From the NCBI GenBank assembly GCA_049976425.1, contig JBMFIG010000004.1:1-64000 (forward strand): 64,000 nt of DNA, given 5' to 3'. Shown here one piece after another: positions 28,917 through 40,236 of this stretch. The notes below the pieces were generated by a model, which saw only the letters and a list, made by a program, of their open reading frames with translations, ran no database searches and was not told the origin of the DNA. Numbering within the stretch: position 1 is the stretch's first letter; the number at the start of each line of letters is the position of its first letter. The DNA comes from Thermoproteus sp. GTDB lineage: Archaea; Thermoproteota; Thermoprotei; Thermoproteales; Thermoproteaceae. Made by a program: the position numbers and the translations under genes.

Positions 28917-30074
28917 CTAGCACTTGAGCTTTACCCTCCCCGGCGTCTCCGACATCATGTAGGGCGTCCCGGGCACCAAGATCTTCCTGCCCCTACACTC
29001 CATCTCGACTATGGCGCCTCTCATACGCCAGTGCGGCTGGGACGCGATCCACTCCACGGACTTGACCACGGCTATCGGCGGCCTCCCCTTCTCCCGACTC
29101 GCCTTGACCAAGTCCTCGGCCTTGTACTTGGCGACCTCGGCAAATACCTCCTTCTCCAGCTCCTTCAACTGTCCCGGATCCTTCTCCCAGACCTCAAGGG
29201 CCTTTTTCCACCTCTCTGCCAGATCGGGCCTCCCGATGATTTCGAAAAACGCCTCGACCTCCGGCCATATCACTGTGGCCAGCGCCACGAAGCCGTCGCT
29301 GGCCCTCGCCGTGGTGTACGTAACCAAGATATTCGCGTCGATTGTGGGAGATCTCTGGCGAGGCGCGCCGAGGACGAAGGGGGCCCCTATCTGGTAGGGG
29401 TGGTCGACCGACAAGACCTCGTTTATGGCCACGTCTATGAACTGCCCCTTGCCGCTCCTCATCCGAGCCCAGTAGGCGGCTAGGGCTGATAGGGCGCCCG
29501 CCGCGCCGGCGAACGCCCAGGCAAGCCATATCCCGGCTCTTATGGGGTAGGAATAGGGCTCGGGAAGCGCCGGGTTCCCCAACATGGCCATGTACCCGTT
29601 GTAGGCCTGGCCCGTCAAGTCGGAGTCGGGCATATCGGCGTACTCCTCGGCCTTCCTCCCGTAGTGCCCGAACTGGGATATGGCCACGTAGATGAGCTTG
29701 GGGTACCTCTCGGCCAACTGCGGGTAGCCCAGGCCTCTTGAGTAGAGCTTCCCCGGCCCAAGCCCGTCTATGAGTATGTCGAGCTCGGGCAACAGCTTCG
29801 GCACGTCCTCCAACGCCACCTCGCGCTTCCCGCGGCCCTCCACGAAGTAGGGTATCCCGACGCCCTCGATCGTGGCTCCGTGGGGCGTTATCCTTTTGGC
29901 GTCCTCGTCGGGCACCGTGTAGACCTCTGCTCCGAGCTCAGACAAGAGCGACCCCGCGATTCTGCACCCGAAGTTGGTCCCGCATATCTCGACCGCCTTG
30001 ACGCCCTCAAGAGCCTCCGGCTTGGCCTCCCTATCGCCGAACAGCTTCCTGAGGATCTCCTCTCTGTCGCTCAT
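28917..30074 (-). CDS. Family III CoA-transferase (CaiB/BaiF), divergent subunit
   Basis: ALEGVKAVE, LSELGAEV, ISQFG and GKGQFIDV motifs. Confidence 0.85.
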   Translation of the reverse strand: MSDREEILRKLFGDREAKPEALEGVKAVEICGTNFGCRIAGSLLSELGAEVYTVPDEDAKRITPHGATIEGVGIPYFVEGRGKREVALEDVPKLLPELDILIDGLGPGKLYSRGLGYPQLAERYPKLIYVAISQFGHYGRKAEEYADMPDSDLTGQAYNGYMAMLGNPALPEPYSYPIRAGIWLAWAFAGAAGALSALAAYWARMRSGKGQFIDVAINEVLSVDHPYQIGAPFVLGAPRQRSPTIDANILVTYTTARASDGFVALATVIWPEVEAFFEIIGRPDLAERWKKALEVWEKDPGQLKELEKEVFAEVAKYKAEDLVKASREKGRPPIAVVKSVEWIASQPHWRMRGAIVEMECRGRKILVPGTPYMMSETPGRVKLKC

Positions 30075-31402
30075 GGCTCCACCTCGTCTTTTTCTCCCCT
30101 AAACACGGGGTCGCTTTCGGCGCTCCATCCGGGCGGCGGCATGTTGCCGAGCTGTCCATCCCAGTACCCCACCACGCCCTCTCTCTCCAGCCTTTCGACC
30201 TCGGCCGGCGGGAGCCCCAGCTTCCTCGTGAGCACCAGCTTGTTGTGGTAGCCCACGGGCCTAGCCACCCATCTGACGGCCAGCGGCGTCCCGCTCATCT
30301 TGACTATGGGGCCCGGCACCACGATCTCGCCGTACAGCCTATCCCTTATCTTGAGGACGGACCCCCTCTCGGCCCTCCAGGGATCGTCGAGGACCTCCTT
30401 GTCGTTGAGCACCGGCTGTATCGGGACGCCGGCCTTCTTGCCGAACTCCAGAAGCTCGTCGAGGGTCTTGCCGGAGGCCCACGCCTTCACGGCCTCGTAC
30501 TTCCTCCAGAGCGACTCGGCGTCTCTGGCCTCCCTCAGACCTCTGAGGCCCGGCACGACCTCGGCCAAGGCGTCGTACTGACGCTGTGTCATGGCCGCCA
30601 GCGCCGCGAACTTCCCGTCCGCCGTCTTGAAGACCCCCGAGACGTAGGCCGAGGGGTCTATGAAGCCGCTTCTCTTGAGCCTGGACCCGGTCAACGACAT
30701 GTAGGTGAAGTGGTACATGAACCGCTGCATGCTCGCCGCCTGAGAGAGGTCTATGTACTGCCCCTTGCCGGTCCTCTCCCTGTATATCAACGCAGCTATT
30801 ATCGCCGATACGGCCATAGTGGACGGGAGCCAGTCGCCGGGATAGTCGGGCAGTCTGTAGGCCTCGTTGACCCCGTCCTCCCATCCGGTTATGTCTATCA
30901 TGCCGGACTCCGCCTGGCCTATGATGTCGTAGCTGGGCAACTTAGAGAGAGGCCCCCAGTTGCCATAACCGCTGGCGCTCACATAGATAAGCCTCGGGTT
31001 GACCTCCCTCAGCTGTAGATAGCCCAGTCCGTACTTGTCGAGGGTGCCCGGCTCCATGTTCTCCACGAACACGTCGGCCCTCTTGGCCAACTCGACCACA
31101 AGCTTCCTGCCCTCCTCCTTCCTGAAGTCGATGCCGACGAAGTACTTGTTAGAGTTCAAGTAGAGGTAGTCTATCCTCATGCCCTTGTAGAAGCCCTTGC
31201 CGCCCCACATGGACGCGTACTTCCACCGATCGCCGCGTGGCGGCGGCTCTATCTTTATCACCTCGGCCCCTAGCTGGGCCAGAAGCCTCGGTATGTTGGG
31301 GCCGAGTATGTAGTGGGAGAACTCGACAACCTTGACCCCCTCCAGCGGCGGCGATCCTCCTGCGTTTTTTATGAGATTTTCTATTATTCCGAAGTAGCTC
31401 AT
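30071..31402 (-). CDS. Family III CoA-transferase (CaiB/BaiF)
   Basis: LGAEVIKIEPP, ADVFVEN, SGYG, PGD (catalytic Asp) and GKGQYID motifs. Confidence 0.9.
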   Translation of the reverse strand: MSYFGIIENLIKNAGGSPPLEGVKVVEFSHYILGPNIPRLLAQLGAEVIKIEPPPRGDRWKYASMWGGKGFYKGMRIDYLYLNSNKYFVGIDFRKEEGRKLVVELAKRADVFVENMEPGTLDKYGLGYLQLREVNPRLIYVSASGYGNWGPLSKLPSYDIIGQAESGMIDITGWEDGVNEAYRLPDYPGDWLPSTMAVSAIIAALIYRERTGKGQYIDLSQAASMQRFMYHFTYMSLTGSRLKRSGFIDPSAYVSGVFKTADGKFAALAAMTQRQYDALAEVVPGLRGLREARDAESLWRKYEAVKAWASGKTLDELLEFGKKAGVPIQPVLNDKEVLDDPWRAERGSVLKIRDRLYGEIVVPGPIVKMSGTPLAVRWVARPVGYHNKLVLTRKLGLPPAEVERLEREGVVGYWDGQLGNMPPPGWSAESDPVFRGEKDEVEP

Positions 31403-31489
31403 ATAGCTAAGAAAATTTTTATTTTAAAGTATTCACTTTTATAGACAACGTAGGCGGCGCAATACGTTTATACCGGCCATAGATATGAC

Positions 31490-31780
31490 ATGGCCAGCGC
31501 GTTGGGGTACGGCCTGCTGGCGGTCGGGATAATACTGATCGCAACCGCCGTATTCATGGTCTACGCCGCTCTGGCGGGCTACGTGGAGCCGTTCCACATA
31601 TTCTCCTTCAGCGACGTCGTGGTGGACTACGGCTCTGCCCATATCAAGGTGCTCGACGGGAGCCAGCTGAGCAAGATGGCCGACCTCTCCTTCTGGGCCC
31701 TTCTGGCCGCCTTCGTCGCATCCGCAGGCGGGAAGTTGGCGGACCTAGGCGTGAGGCTGATAGCCGGCTCTGAGAAGTGA
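31490..31780 (+). CDS. Two-helix membrane protein
   Basis: TM-loop-TM layout ending in AGGKLADLG. Confidence 0.7.
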   Translation: MASALGYGLLAVGIILIATAVFMVYAALAGYVEPFHIFSFSDVVVDYGSAHIKVLDGSQLSKMADLSFWALLAAFVASAGGKLADLGVRLIAGSEK

Positions 31781-31810
31781 ATACTTATATATGCTAAATA
31801 GGCTGTCGCC

Positions 31811-33052
31811 ATGACTACATGGACGGAACATGTCTTTGCCAAGAAGCTGGGCAGGGCGCCGGCCCCCGGCGAGGTTGTTGAGCTGGTCCCCGATCTGGTA
31901 GCCTTCCACGACCTCACAGGCTACCACGTGCTCGAGATGATGGAGAAGATGGGCGGCGTCGAGGTGTTCGACAAGGACAAGCTGGTTGTGGCGTTCGACC
32001 ACCTGTCGCCCGCCCCCACTGTCAGAGCCGCTGAGATACAGGTCTACATCCGCCGCCACGTGAGGTCCCTCGGCCTAAAGAACTTCCACGACGTGGGGGA
32101 GGGTATAATGCACCAGCTGATCCTCGAGAAATACGCCATGCCGGGGCAGTTCGTCTTCGGCGCCGACTCCCACACGAACATGGCGGGCGCCGTCGGCGCG
32201 TTCGCGCAAGGCATGGGCGCCTCCGACATAGCCGCCATGTTGAAGCTCGGGAGGACTTGGCTAGTTGTGCCCCAGCCCGTGAAGATCGAGATAAGGGGGG
32301 AGCCCCCCAAGGCGGTCACCGGCAAGGACGTGGTGCTCCACCTACTGTCTGTCTACAAGGCGGAGGGGCTCAACGGCTACTCCGCCGACGTATACGTGGA
32401 GAGGCCCTCCGCGTTCCCCATGGACTACAGAGCCACGGTGGCCAACATGTCGACGGAGCTGGGCGCAGACGCGTTGATGTTCGTGCCCGATTCCGAGACG
32501 GCCGCGTTCCTCGAGAAGACCAGAGGCGCCGTCCCCAAGATAGACTTCGCGCCGGGCGGAAAATACTCCGACGAATACGCCGTCGAGCTCGGCAGGCTGG
32601 AGCCCCTAGTCGCCGCGCCGCACAGCGTGGACAACGTCAAGGCCGTGTCGGAGGTCGAGGGCGTCGAGGTCGACCAGGTCTTCATAGGTAGTTGCACCAA
32701 CGGGAGGCTCAGCGACATAGAGGCGGCCGCCAAAATACTCAAGAGGGGTAGGGCCAAGGCCCGTTGTATAGCGATACCCGCCTCCTACTCGGTCTTCCGG
32801 CAGGCCTTGGAGGCCGGCTATATAGATATCTTGACCAAGGCAGGCTGTGTGGTGACCTACGGCACCTGCGGCCCTTGTATAGGAGGCCACTTCGGCGTCT
32901 TGGGCCCCGGCGAGGTGGCCGTGTCGACTAGCAACCGCAACTTCGTGGGCAGGATGGGCGCAAACGACTCCAAGGTGTACCTAGCCAACGCCTACACTGC
33001 GGCGGCCGCCGCGTTGGAGGGCAAGATAGTCGACCCGAGGAGGTATCTCTAA
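31811..33052 (+). CDS. leuC: 3-isopropylmalate dehydratase/homoaconitase large subunit
   Basis: [21 protein letters not shown] and [10 protein letters not shown] motifs. Confidence 0.93.
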   Translation: MTTWTEHVFAKKLGRAPAPGEVVELVPDLVAFHDLTGYHVLEMMEKMGGVEVFDKDKLVVAFDHLSPAPTVRAAEIQVYIRRHVRSLGLKNFHDVGEGIMHQLILEKYAMPGQFVFGADSHTNMAGAVGAFAQGMGASDIAAMLKLGRTWLVVPQPVKIEIRGEPPKAVTGKDVVLHLLSVYKAEGLNGYSADVYVERPSAFPMDYRATVANMSTELGADALMFVPDSETAAFLEKTRGAVPKIDFAPGGKYSDEYAVELGRLEPLVAAPHSVDNVKAVSEVEGVEVDQVFIGSCTNGRLSDIEAAAKILKRGRAKARCIAIPASYSVFRQALEAGYIDILTKAGCVVTYGTCGPCIGGHFGVLGPGEVAVSTSNRNFVGRMGANDSKVYLANAYTAAAAALEGKIVDPRRYL

Positions 33053-33066
33053 CGCCGGAAGCCTTT

Positions 33067-33097
33067 TAACTTGGGGTACCCCAAGTTACTTGGGGTA
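33067..33097. repeat. Three alternating copies of ACTTGGGGTA forming overlapping palindromes; putative operator
   Basis: Perfect 22-bp palindrome TAACTTGGGGTACCCCAAGTTA (33067-33088) plus inverted repeat 33077-33097. Confidence 0.8.
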
Positions 33098-33147
33098 TGT
33101 TGTTTAGCGTCGAGCCCAAAAGCAGAAGGGTGAATCTATATCAATAG
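33097..33147 (+). pseudogene. 5' stub of an archaeal ATPase gene (MLFSVEPKSRRVNLYQ*)
   Basis: Resembles the MLFxxxPKxxxEDLYDR N-terminus of archaeal ATPases. Confidence 0.45.
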
Positions 33148-33181
33148 CGGATCCCGTCTATAGGCTGGCGGCGTCGCGGCT

Positions 33182-33871
33182 CTAACATATCGCGAGCGCC
33201 CTCGCCGGCCCTCCCTCGCCTCCCCTTATCTTTATGGGAGCGAAGACGAAGAGAGCCTCGCCGCCGCATTCGCGCAACACCGACTCCAAATTAGCCAAGT
33301 TCTCTACGATGATCACGCCGCTCGACAATAGCCTGTGGTGGACGTAGACCACGTCGTCCTTAGAGACCCGCGGTGGGTACGGGAAGCCCTCGACGCCTGC
33401 ATAGCCGGCGACAGACATGCCCTCCACACCCACGGCCGCAACGCCGGCATTTGCTAGGTAGTCCGCCGCGTCTCTGTCCAGATAGGGCCAGTCGTAGAGG
33501 AACTCCTCAGTGCCGTATTTGGACGAGAAGCCCGTGTATATCATGACGGCCCTCCCCCTAGATATCTTGTCGGAGAATCTCGAGAGGTCCGAGGCCGTTA
33601 TGGCCTCGCCGGGCCTCTTCCAGCTGAGGTCCAAAACGTGGCCCCTCACGACGAACCTCTCCAGAGGGATTCTCTCTATGGTGTCGCCGCCGGGCACGAA
33701 GTGGGCAGGGGCGTCTATATGGGTCCCCGTGTGGCTGCCCATCTCGAGCCTGGACAGTGTCACCTCGCCGTACTTCTTGGCCAGGGACACGTACTCGTGC
33801 CTATACGGCGGATCGCCGGGGTAGGTCTGCATACCGTTGTACAGCTCCCGCGAGAGGTCTATGACCTTCAT
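33182..33871 (-). CDS. Cyclase/kynurenine formamidase-family metal hydrolase
   Basis: HTGTHIDAPAH, IVENL and GGEGGPAR motifs. Confidence 0.9.
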   Translation of the reverse strand: MKVIDLSRELYNGMQTYPGDPPYRHEYVSLAKKYGEVTLSRLEMGSHTGTHIDAPAHFVPGGDTIERIPLERFVVRGHVLDLSWKRPGEAITASDLSRFSDKISRGRAVMIYTGFSSKYGTEEFLYDWPYLDRDAADYLANAGVAAVGVEGMSVAGYAGVEGFPYPPRVSKDDVVYVHHRLLSSGVIIVENLANLESVLRECGGEALFVFAPIKIRGGEGGPARALAIC

Positions 33872-33886
33872 GGAGGGAGATGGGAT

Positions 33887-35031
33887 CTATAAAAATACGG
33901 GAACTCCTCTGAACTCCTCCACAAAGGCCTTGATCGCCTTTTCGTCCACGGGCCTCTTCCTTGCGGCGTAGTCCTTGACGCGCCTCAAGATATAGTCGAC
34001 GAGCTCTGGGCTGGGCTCCAGCCCCATCTGCTTCAAGGCCCACTCGACGGAGTGCCTCCCCGAGTGCTTCCCCAGCACTATCCTCCTCCTGTTCCCCACG
34101 GCCTCGGGCATCATGGGCTCGTAGGTGAAGGGGTTGTTGAGGACGCCGTGGACGTGGATGCCGGACTCGTGGCTGAAGGCGTTGTCGCCCACGACTGCTT
34201 TGTTGGGCTGTAGCTGGATCCCGAAGAGCCTAGCCACCAGCCGCGACGTCTCGTAGAGCCGCTCCATCCTAAGGCCGACCTCGCGGCCCAGCAGAAAGCG
34301 GGCGGCGGCGGCCACCTCCTCCAGCGCCGCGTTGCCGCCCCTCTCGCCGAACCCGTTGACAGTGACTTGGGCCACCTCGGCGCCCGCCTCTATCGCGGCG
34401 ATGGTGTTGGCCACCGCCATGCCGAAGTCGTCGTGGCAGTGCACGTGCATGGGGACCGGCGGGAGCTCGGCCTTGAGGTGCTCCACCAGATACCTCATCC
34501 TGCTGGGCGTCATCACGCCGACGGTGTCGGGCACGTTTATCTCGTCGGCGCCTGCCTCTATCGCCGTTCTGAACGCCTCGACGAGGAAGCCCAAATCGCT
34601 CCTGGTGGCGTCCTCGGCGCTGAAGAGAACCCTAACCCCTCTGGACTTGGCGTACTCCACAGACTCAGCGATCCTCCGCAACACCTCGTCCCGCGTCATC
34701 CTCAGCTTGTACTTCATGTGTATATCGCTCGTCGCTATGAAGACGTGGACCATGTCCACATCGGCGTCGACGGCGGCGTCTATGTCGGCCTTGTTGGCCC
34801 GCGCCAGGCTGGCCACCTCTGAATACGCCGCGTCCCGCGCTATTCTCCTCACCGCCTCGGCCTCCTCGGGCGACACGGCCGCGAAGCCGGCCTCTATATA
34901 GTCCACCTTTAGTTCGTCCAACGCCATGCCTATCTGGACCTTCTCTTCGACGGTCAGAGAGATGCCGGGCATCTGTTCGCCGTCTCTGAGGGTGGTGTCG
35001 AAGAACCTCACCCGGTGAGCCCCGAATCCAT
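33887..35031 (-). CDS. leuA: 2-isopropylmalate synthase without C-terminal regulatory domain; predicted -1 frameshift near the start
   Basis: [22 protein letters not shown] and HESGIH motifs; ATG 35031 opens ATG GAT TCG GGG CTC ACC GGG TGA, enzyme in the -1 frame (in-frame GTG at 35011). Confidence 0.88.
35008..35031 (-). promoter_or_regulatory. Putative Leu-sensing frameshift cassette (TCG GGG CTC)
   Basis: ATG about 25 nt after TTTTATATA; G-GGG followed by a Leu codon. Confidence 0.75.
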
Positions 35032-35117
35032 ATAGCCCAGAAGCGATCTATATAAAAGGTTTTCGCCCTATATAATAGTTCACATCCGTGCTTATAAATA
35101 GAAGTCGGGTAGGCGTC

Positions 35118-35678
35118 ATGCTGAAGAAGGAAGGAGTCGAAAAGGCGGAGGCCGCCGTAACGTCCTTGTTGATCCACCTCGGCGAGGATCTATCGAGGCC
35201 CGGCGTGGCCAACACGCCGAAGCGCTTCGTCAAGGCCATGGAGGAGCTCACGAGGGGGTTGAGGGAGCCGGCGCCCGAGGTGGTCTTCTTCCCTCTGGAG
35301 TACGAGGCGGATCCGGGCCCCGTCGTCATCGAGAACATAAGGGCGGTATCCCTCTGCGAACACCACCTGCTCCCCATAGTGCTCAACATATCTGTGGCCT
35401 ACCAGCCCGGCGACGCCGTGCCGGGGCTCAGCAAGGTGATAAGGCTGGTCAAGTGGGCCGCGGCGAGGCCCATAATGCAGGAGAGGTTCACCGAGTGGCT
35501 GGCCGACCTCCTCATGGACAGGCTGAAGGCCAAGGCGGTCAAGGTCAAGGTGTGCGGCGTCCATATGTGCTCCTTCATAAGAGGCGTCAAGGACGAGCAC
35601 CACACGATGATCACCGAGGCCAGGAGGGGCGATCTGGACGTAAGGCTCGACTGCAAACGCCCCCTGGCCTGTAGATGA
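35118..35678 (+). CDS. folE: GTP cyclohydrolase I
   Basis: NTPKRF, SLCEHHLLP, GLSK, MQER and HMC motifs. Confidence 0.93.
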   Translation: MLKKEGVEKAEAAVTSLLIHLGEDLSRPGVANTPKRFVKAMEELTRGLREPAPEVVFFPLEYEADPGPVVIENIRAVSLCEHHLLPIVLNISVAYQPGDAVPGLSKVIRLVKWAAARPIMQERFTEWLADLLMDRLKAKAVKVKVCGVHMCSFIRGVKDEHHTMITEARRGDLDVRLDCKRPLACR

Positions 35679-36349
35679 GGATAGTCGTAACGGGCGCCAG
35701 CGGCGGCATAGGCAACGCGTTGGTCGAGCTGGCGAAGTCCAGGGGGGATTTCGTCGTCGGCATTTCGAGGAGGCCCTCCAAGGCCGACCTCCACTACGCC
35801 TGCGACGTCCTGGACCTCGAATGCCTCAAGACAGCCGCGGAAAACGTCGGCGCCGTCGACGGCTTGGCGCTACTGCACGGACACGGCGATCCGGCGGTAT
35901 GGAACAAGGGCGTGGAGGAGCTAGACGCCCGCGACCTCCTCACAGTCTTCGAGGTGGACGTGGTGGGTAGCCTCAACGTTGTGAAGGCGTTTATGAGGAA
36001 CCTCAGAAGCGGCTCCTCCATAGTCTTCGCCGCGTCGACGCCTGCCTTGGTGGGCGACCGCTACGGGATACCCTACGCTGTTGCTAAAGGCGCTCTGGTG
36101 GCCCTCGCCAAGAGCCTTGCCAAGGCCCTAAGCCCCGTGAGGGTCAACGCCGTGGCGCTGGGCCCCATAGCCACCCGGTGGACGGCTTGGATATCGGAGG
36201 AGGAACTCGCAGGCTTTAGGGAAAGGACTCTGTTGAGGAGGCTGGGCGATCCCAGAGAGGCCGCCGAGGCGATCTACTGGCTCCTCTCGCCGGCGTCCAG
36301 CTACGTCACGGGCCAGGTGCTGGTCGTAGACGGCGGGGAGTCCCTCTAG
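35675..36349 (+). CDS. Short-chain dehydrogenase/reductase
   Basis: TGASGGIG, YAVAK, VRVNAV and TGQVLVVDGG motifs. Confidence 0.9.
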   Translation: MRIVVTGASGGIGNALVELAKSRGDFVVGISRRPSKADLHYACDVLDLECLKTAAENVGAVDGLALLHGHGDPAVWNKGVEELDARDLLTVFEVDVVGSLNVVKAFMRNLRSGSSIVFAASTPALVGDRYGIPYAVAKGALVALAKSLAKALSPVRVNAVALGPIATRWTAWISEEELAGFRERTLLRRLGDPREAAEAIYWLLSPASSYVTGQVLVVDGGESL

Positions 36350-37437
36350 GGCCTGTACGACTGGAAGAAGCGCTCCACCTCCGGCGATAGGGCCACGCCG
36401 AAGGTGGGGTCGTTCCAGGCCCAGATGCCGACGTATTTGGGCCGCACCGCCGAGACGAGCTGCGGTATGACTTGTCCGAAGAACTGGATGGTGGCGGAGC
36501 AGTTGCGCTCCTTTATGGGTATGGTCCAGTTCCACGGCTGTATATAGCCCTGGGCGTCGCACACCCTGAAGCCCACCTCGCCAACCATAACCTGCAGACC
36601 CGAGGCCCTCAGAGCCTCCATGTTCTTCACGAAATAGCCGGGCACCTCCAAGACCCCGTTGGAGTATACGTAGTCGTAGATATCCTCGCCCACTAGATTC
36701 AAGCCGGCGGCCTTGGCGAGCGCCAGTATGTCCGAGGGCGACTCCGAGGACGTCCCGTAGTAGAAGAGGGAGGCCTCCGGGAACACCTCCTTCAACTCCC
36801 TATAGGCCTGGGCCAGCTCCGCCCTGCAAGCAACGTCGGCGACGCATGTGGACATCTCGCTGAAGCCTATGTAGACACCAGATCCGTTTCCCAGATATAG
36901 CTTAAGGGCGTTGAGGAACGTCGAAGCGTAGGAGAGATCCACCTGTCTGAGCTCGCCCCTCCAGCCGGAAGCCGCGCAGAAGAGGTTTACGAAGAGAGGC
37001 GACGCCGATCTGTACTGCTGTATGAAGGCCAGCGAGAGCTCGAATTGGTTGAAGTCGGCGCCGGTCTCCGGGGTACAGGGGATTACGACAACGATGCCTG
37101 GCGCCGAGCATTTAGGCACGGGCGGCACGTCGGCTCTGCCCCACGGCACAATCCAGAATATCAGCTCGGTCGGCCCTTCTTCGCAGGAGGTCGCGGAGCT
37201 ATTCACGGCCGCCGACGAGGACGTCGTGGTTTCGCGGGAGGTTGTGGATACTGGCGTAGCAGTCGTTGTGGTGGTTGTGGACCTCGATGTGGCGCTCTGC
37301 GTCGTGGACAGCGGCAACTTGCTGGAGCTTGAGGAAGCCGGAGGGGGCGGAGCCCGCGTTTGTTGCAATTCTACTATAGATATAATTACCAGGATAAGGA
37401 CGGCTATAAGCAACGCTAGGGCAGGTCCTCTCGACAT
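36346..37437 (-). CDS. Membrane-anchored extracellular protein with Ser/Thr linker and probable glycoside hydrolase-like barrel
   Basis: N-terminal TM, Thr/Ser linker, VGEVG and IWAW motifs reminiscent of clan GH-A; last gene of the ABC operon. Confidence 0.65.
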   Translation of the reverse strand: MSRGPALALLIAVLILVIISIVELQQTRAPPPPASSSSSKLPLSTTQSATSRSTTTTTTATPVSTTSRETTTSSSAAVNSSATSCEEGPTELIFWIVPWGRADVPPVPKCSAPGIVVVIPCTPETGADFNQFELSLAFIQQYRSASPLFVNLFCAASGWRGELRQVDLSYASTFLNALKLYLGNGSGVYIGFSEMSTCVADVACRAELAQAYRELKEVFPEASLFYYGTSSESPSDILALAKAAGLNLVGEDIYDYVYSNGVLEVPGYFVKNMEALRASGLQVMVGEVGFRVCDAQGYIQPWNWTIPIKERNCSATIQFFGQVIPQLVSAVRPKYVGIWAWNDPTFGVALSPEVERFFQSYRP

Positions 37438-37440
37438 GCA

Positions 37441-38387
37441 TCAGCCGTAGAGGTGGCACGCCACTAGGTGTTGCTTCTCGGCCTCCACGATCCTCGGCTT
37501 CACGTTTCTGCACGTCTCCGTGGCGTATGGACATCTATCGGCGAATGGGCAACCTCTGCCTGCCAGAGAGAACTCTATCGTCACACTGGTTATCCTAGAG
37601 CCCCACCGCTCCTTGACCTTGGGCACGGACGACAGAAGCAGTTGCGTGTATGGATGCAGAGGCTTGCCGAACACGGCGTCCACAGGCCCGTACTCGACCA
37701 TGAGGCCCTTGTAGAGGACCAGTATCTTGTCGCCTATATAGGACGCGAGGCCCATGTCGTGCGTTATGAAGAGCACCGTGAGGCCCATCTTCTCCCTTAT
37801 CTCGTGGAGGAGGTTCAGCACGGAGACCCTCAGAGAGGCGTCTATCATGGAGACCGGCTCGTCGGCAAGCAACACCTTCGGCTGTATCAACAAGGCCCTC
37901 GCTATGGATATCCTCTGCAGTTGGCCGCCGGAGAACTGATGGGGGTACTTCCCCATCACGTCCCTAGGCGTGAGGCCCACGAAGGTGAGCGTCTCCTCTA
38001 TCAGCTTGGTTCTATCGGCCTCTGACAGCTCAGGCCTATATTTCTGCAAGGTCTTGTGGAGTATGCGATCGACCCTATAGAACGGGTTGAAGGACGAGTA
38101 CGGATCCTGTAGGACTGCTTGAACCTCGCGCCAGTAGTCCCTAGTCCTCCACTCCCTTAGGGGGCGGCCTCTGTATTTTATCTCGCCCGACGTCGGCTCC
38201 AGCGCCTTCAGAAGTATCCTCAACAGGGTGGTCTTCCCGCTACCCGACTCGCCCACTATGGACAAAATCTCGCCCTCGTTTACGTCGAAGCTCACGCCGT
38301 CTAGCGCCAAGATATTCACAGTCCGCAGAAATCCGGTCGCGAATACCTTTGTCAGATCCCTTACTTCGTATATCCTCTCGCCGGAGC

Positions 38388-38391
<4 letters not shown>
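37441..38391 (-). CDS. Opp/Dpp-type ABC transporter ATPase (OppF-like)
   Basis: GESGSGKT, FSGGQ, LADEP and C-terminal Cys cluster. Confidence 0.93.
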
Positions 38392-39374
<983 letters not shown>

Positions 39375-39375
39375 A

Positions 39376-40236
39376 TCACTCCTCCCTCAGCCTCGGGTTG
39401 AACGCCTTGTCCATGGACATCGCTATCATGGAAAGCGCGGTTGTGGCCAACATGACTATTAGGCCGGGCGGGAGGAACCACCACCACGCGCCGTAGCTAG
39501 GCGCGCTGAACGCAACGGCCCAGAACAACATAAAGCCTATCGTCATCGTCTTGTAGGGCAGTAGGCCCAAGGCTTCCAAGCCTATATCGGCCACTATGGC
39601 GCCGCTGAACTGGAGCACGAAGACGAGGAATATATAGGCCAACATCTGCGGCATGACCTCGGTGAAGGCCACCTCTATGGGGGTCTCGCCGCTCAACTTA
39701 GCGACGAGTATGAACTCGCGCCCCCTTATGCTCATGGCTATGGCCCTCACTGCTCTGGCCGACCAAGGCCAGGAGAAGAGACCTATTAAGAGGCCTAGAG
39801 TCGTCGTGGTGATCCAGCTACGGGGCATGTATATGGCTATTAGAAGAATTATCACCACGTTGGGTATCGTGAGGATGGTGTTGGTCAAGAAGTTGAGGAC
39901 GACGTCCGCCTTCCCTCCGAAGTAGCCCGCTATAAGGCCTATGGAGACGCCTATTGCAGTGGCCAAGAGGCCCGCCACCAAGGCTATGTATAGGCTGTTG
40001 CCGAGCCCGTAGACCAGCTGGGAGTAGACACTTCGGCCGAACGCGTCGGTTCCGAGCCATAGTTGCCAATTAGGCGGCCCGTAGGCCTGCCCGACTACGT
40101 CGAAGGGGCCGTACTTGGTGGTGAACGGCCCCACTATGGCGAACACGACGAGAGCCGCCAAGATGGCCAAGCCCGCCTTGAAGTAGCCCTCTCTGAATAG
40201 GCTTAGGAAGAGTTCCTTGTAGAGGGGGGCGCTCAT
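39376..40236 (-). CDS. Opp/Dpp-type ABC permease (OppC-like)
   Basis: WLGTDAFGR, EAA-like loop, WWWFLPPG. Confidence 0.92.
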   Translation of the reverse strand: MSAPLYKELFLSLFREGYFKAGLAILAALVVFAIVGPFTTKYGPFDVVGQAYGPPNWQLWLGTDAFGRSVYSQLVYGLGNSLYIALVAGLLATAIGVSIGLIAGYFGGKADVVLNFLTNTILTIPNVVIILLIAIYMPRSWITTTTLGLLIGLFSWPWSARAVRAIAMSIRGREFILVAKLSGETPIEVAFTEVMPQMLAYIFLVFVLQFSGAIVADIGLEALGLLPYKTMTIGFMLFWAVAFSAPSYGAWWWFLPPGLIVMLATTALSMIAMSMDKAFNPRLREE

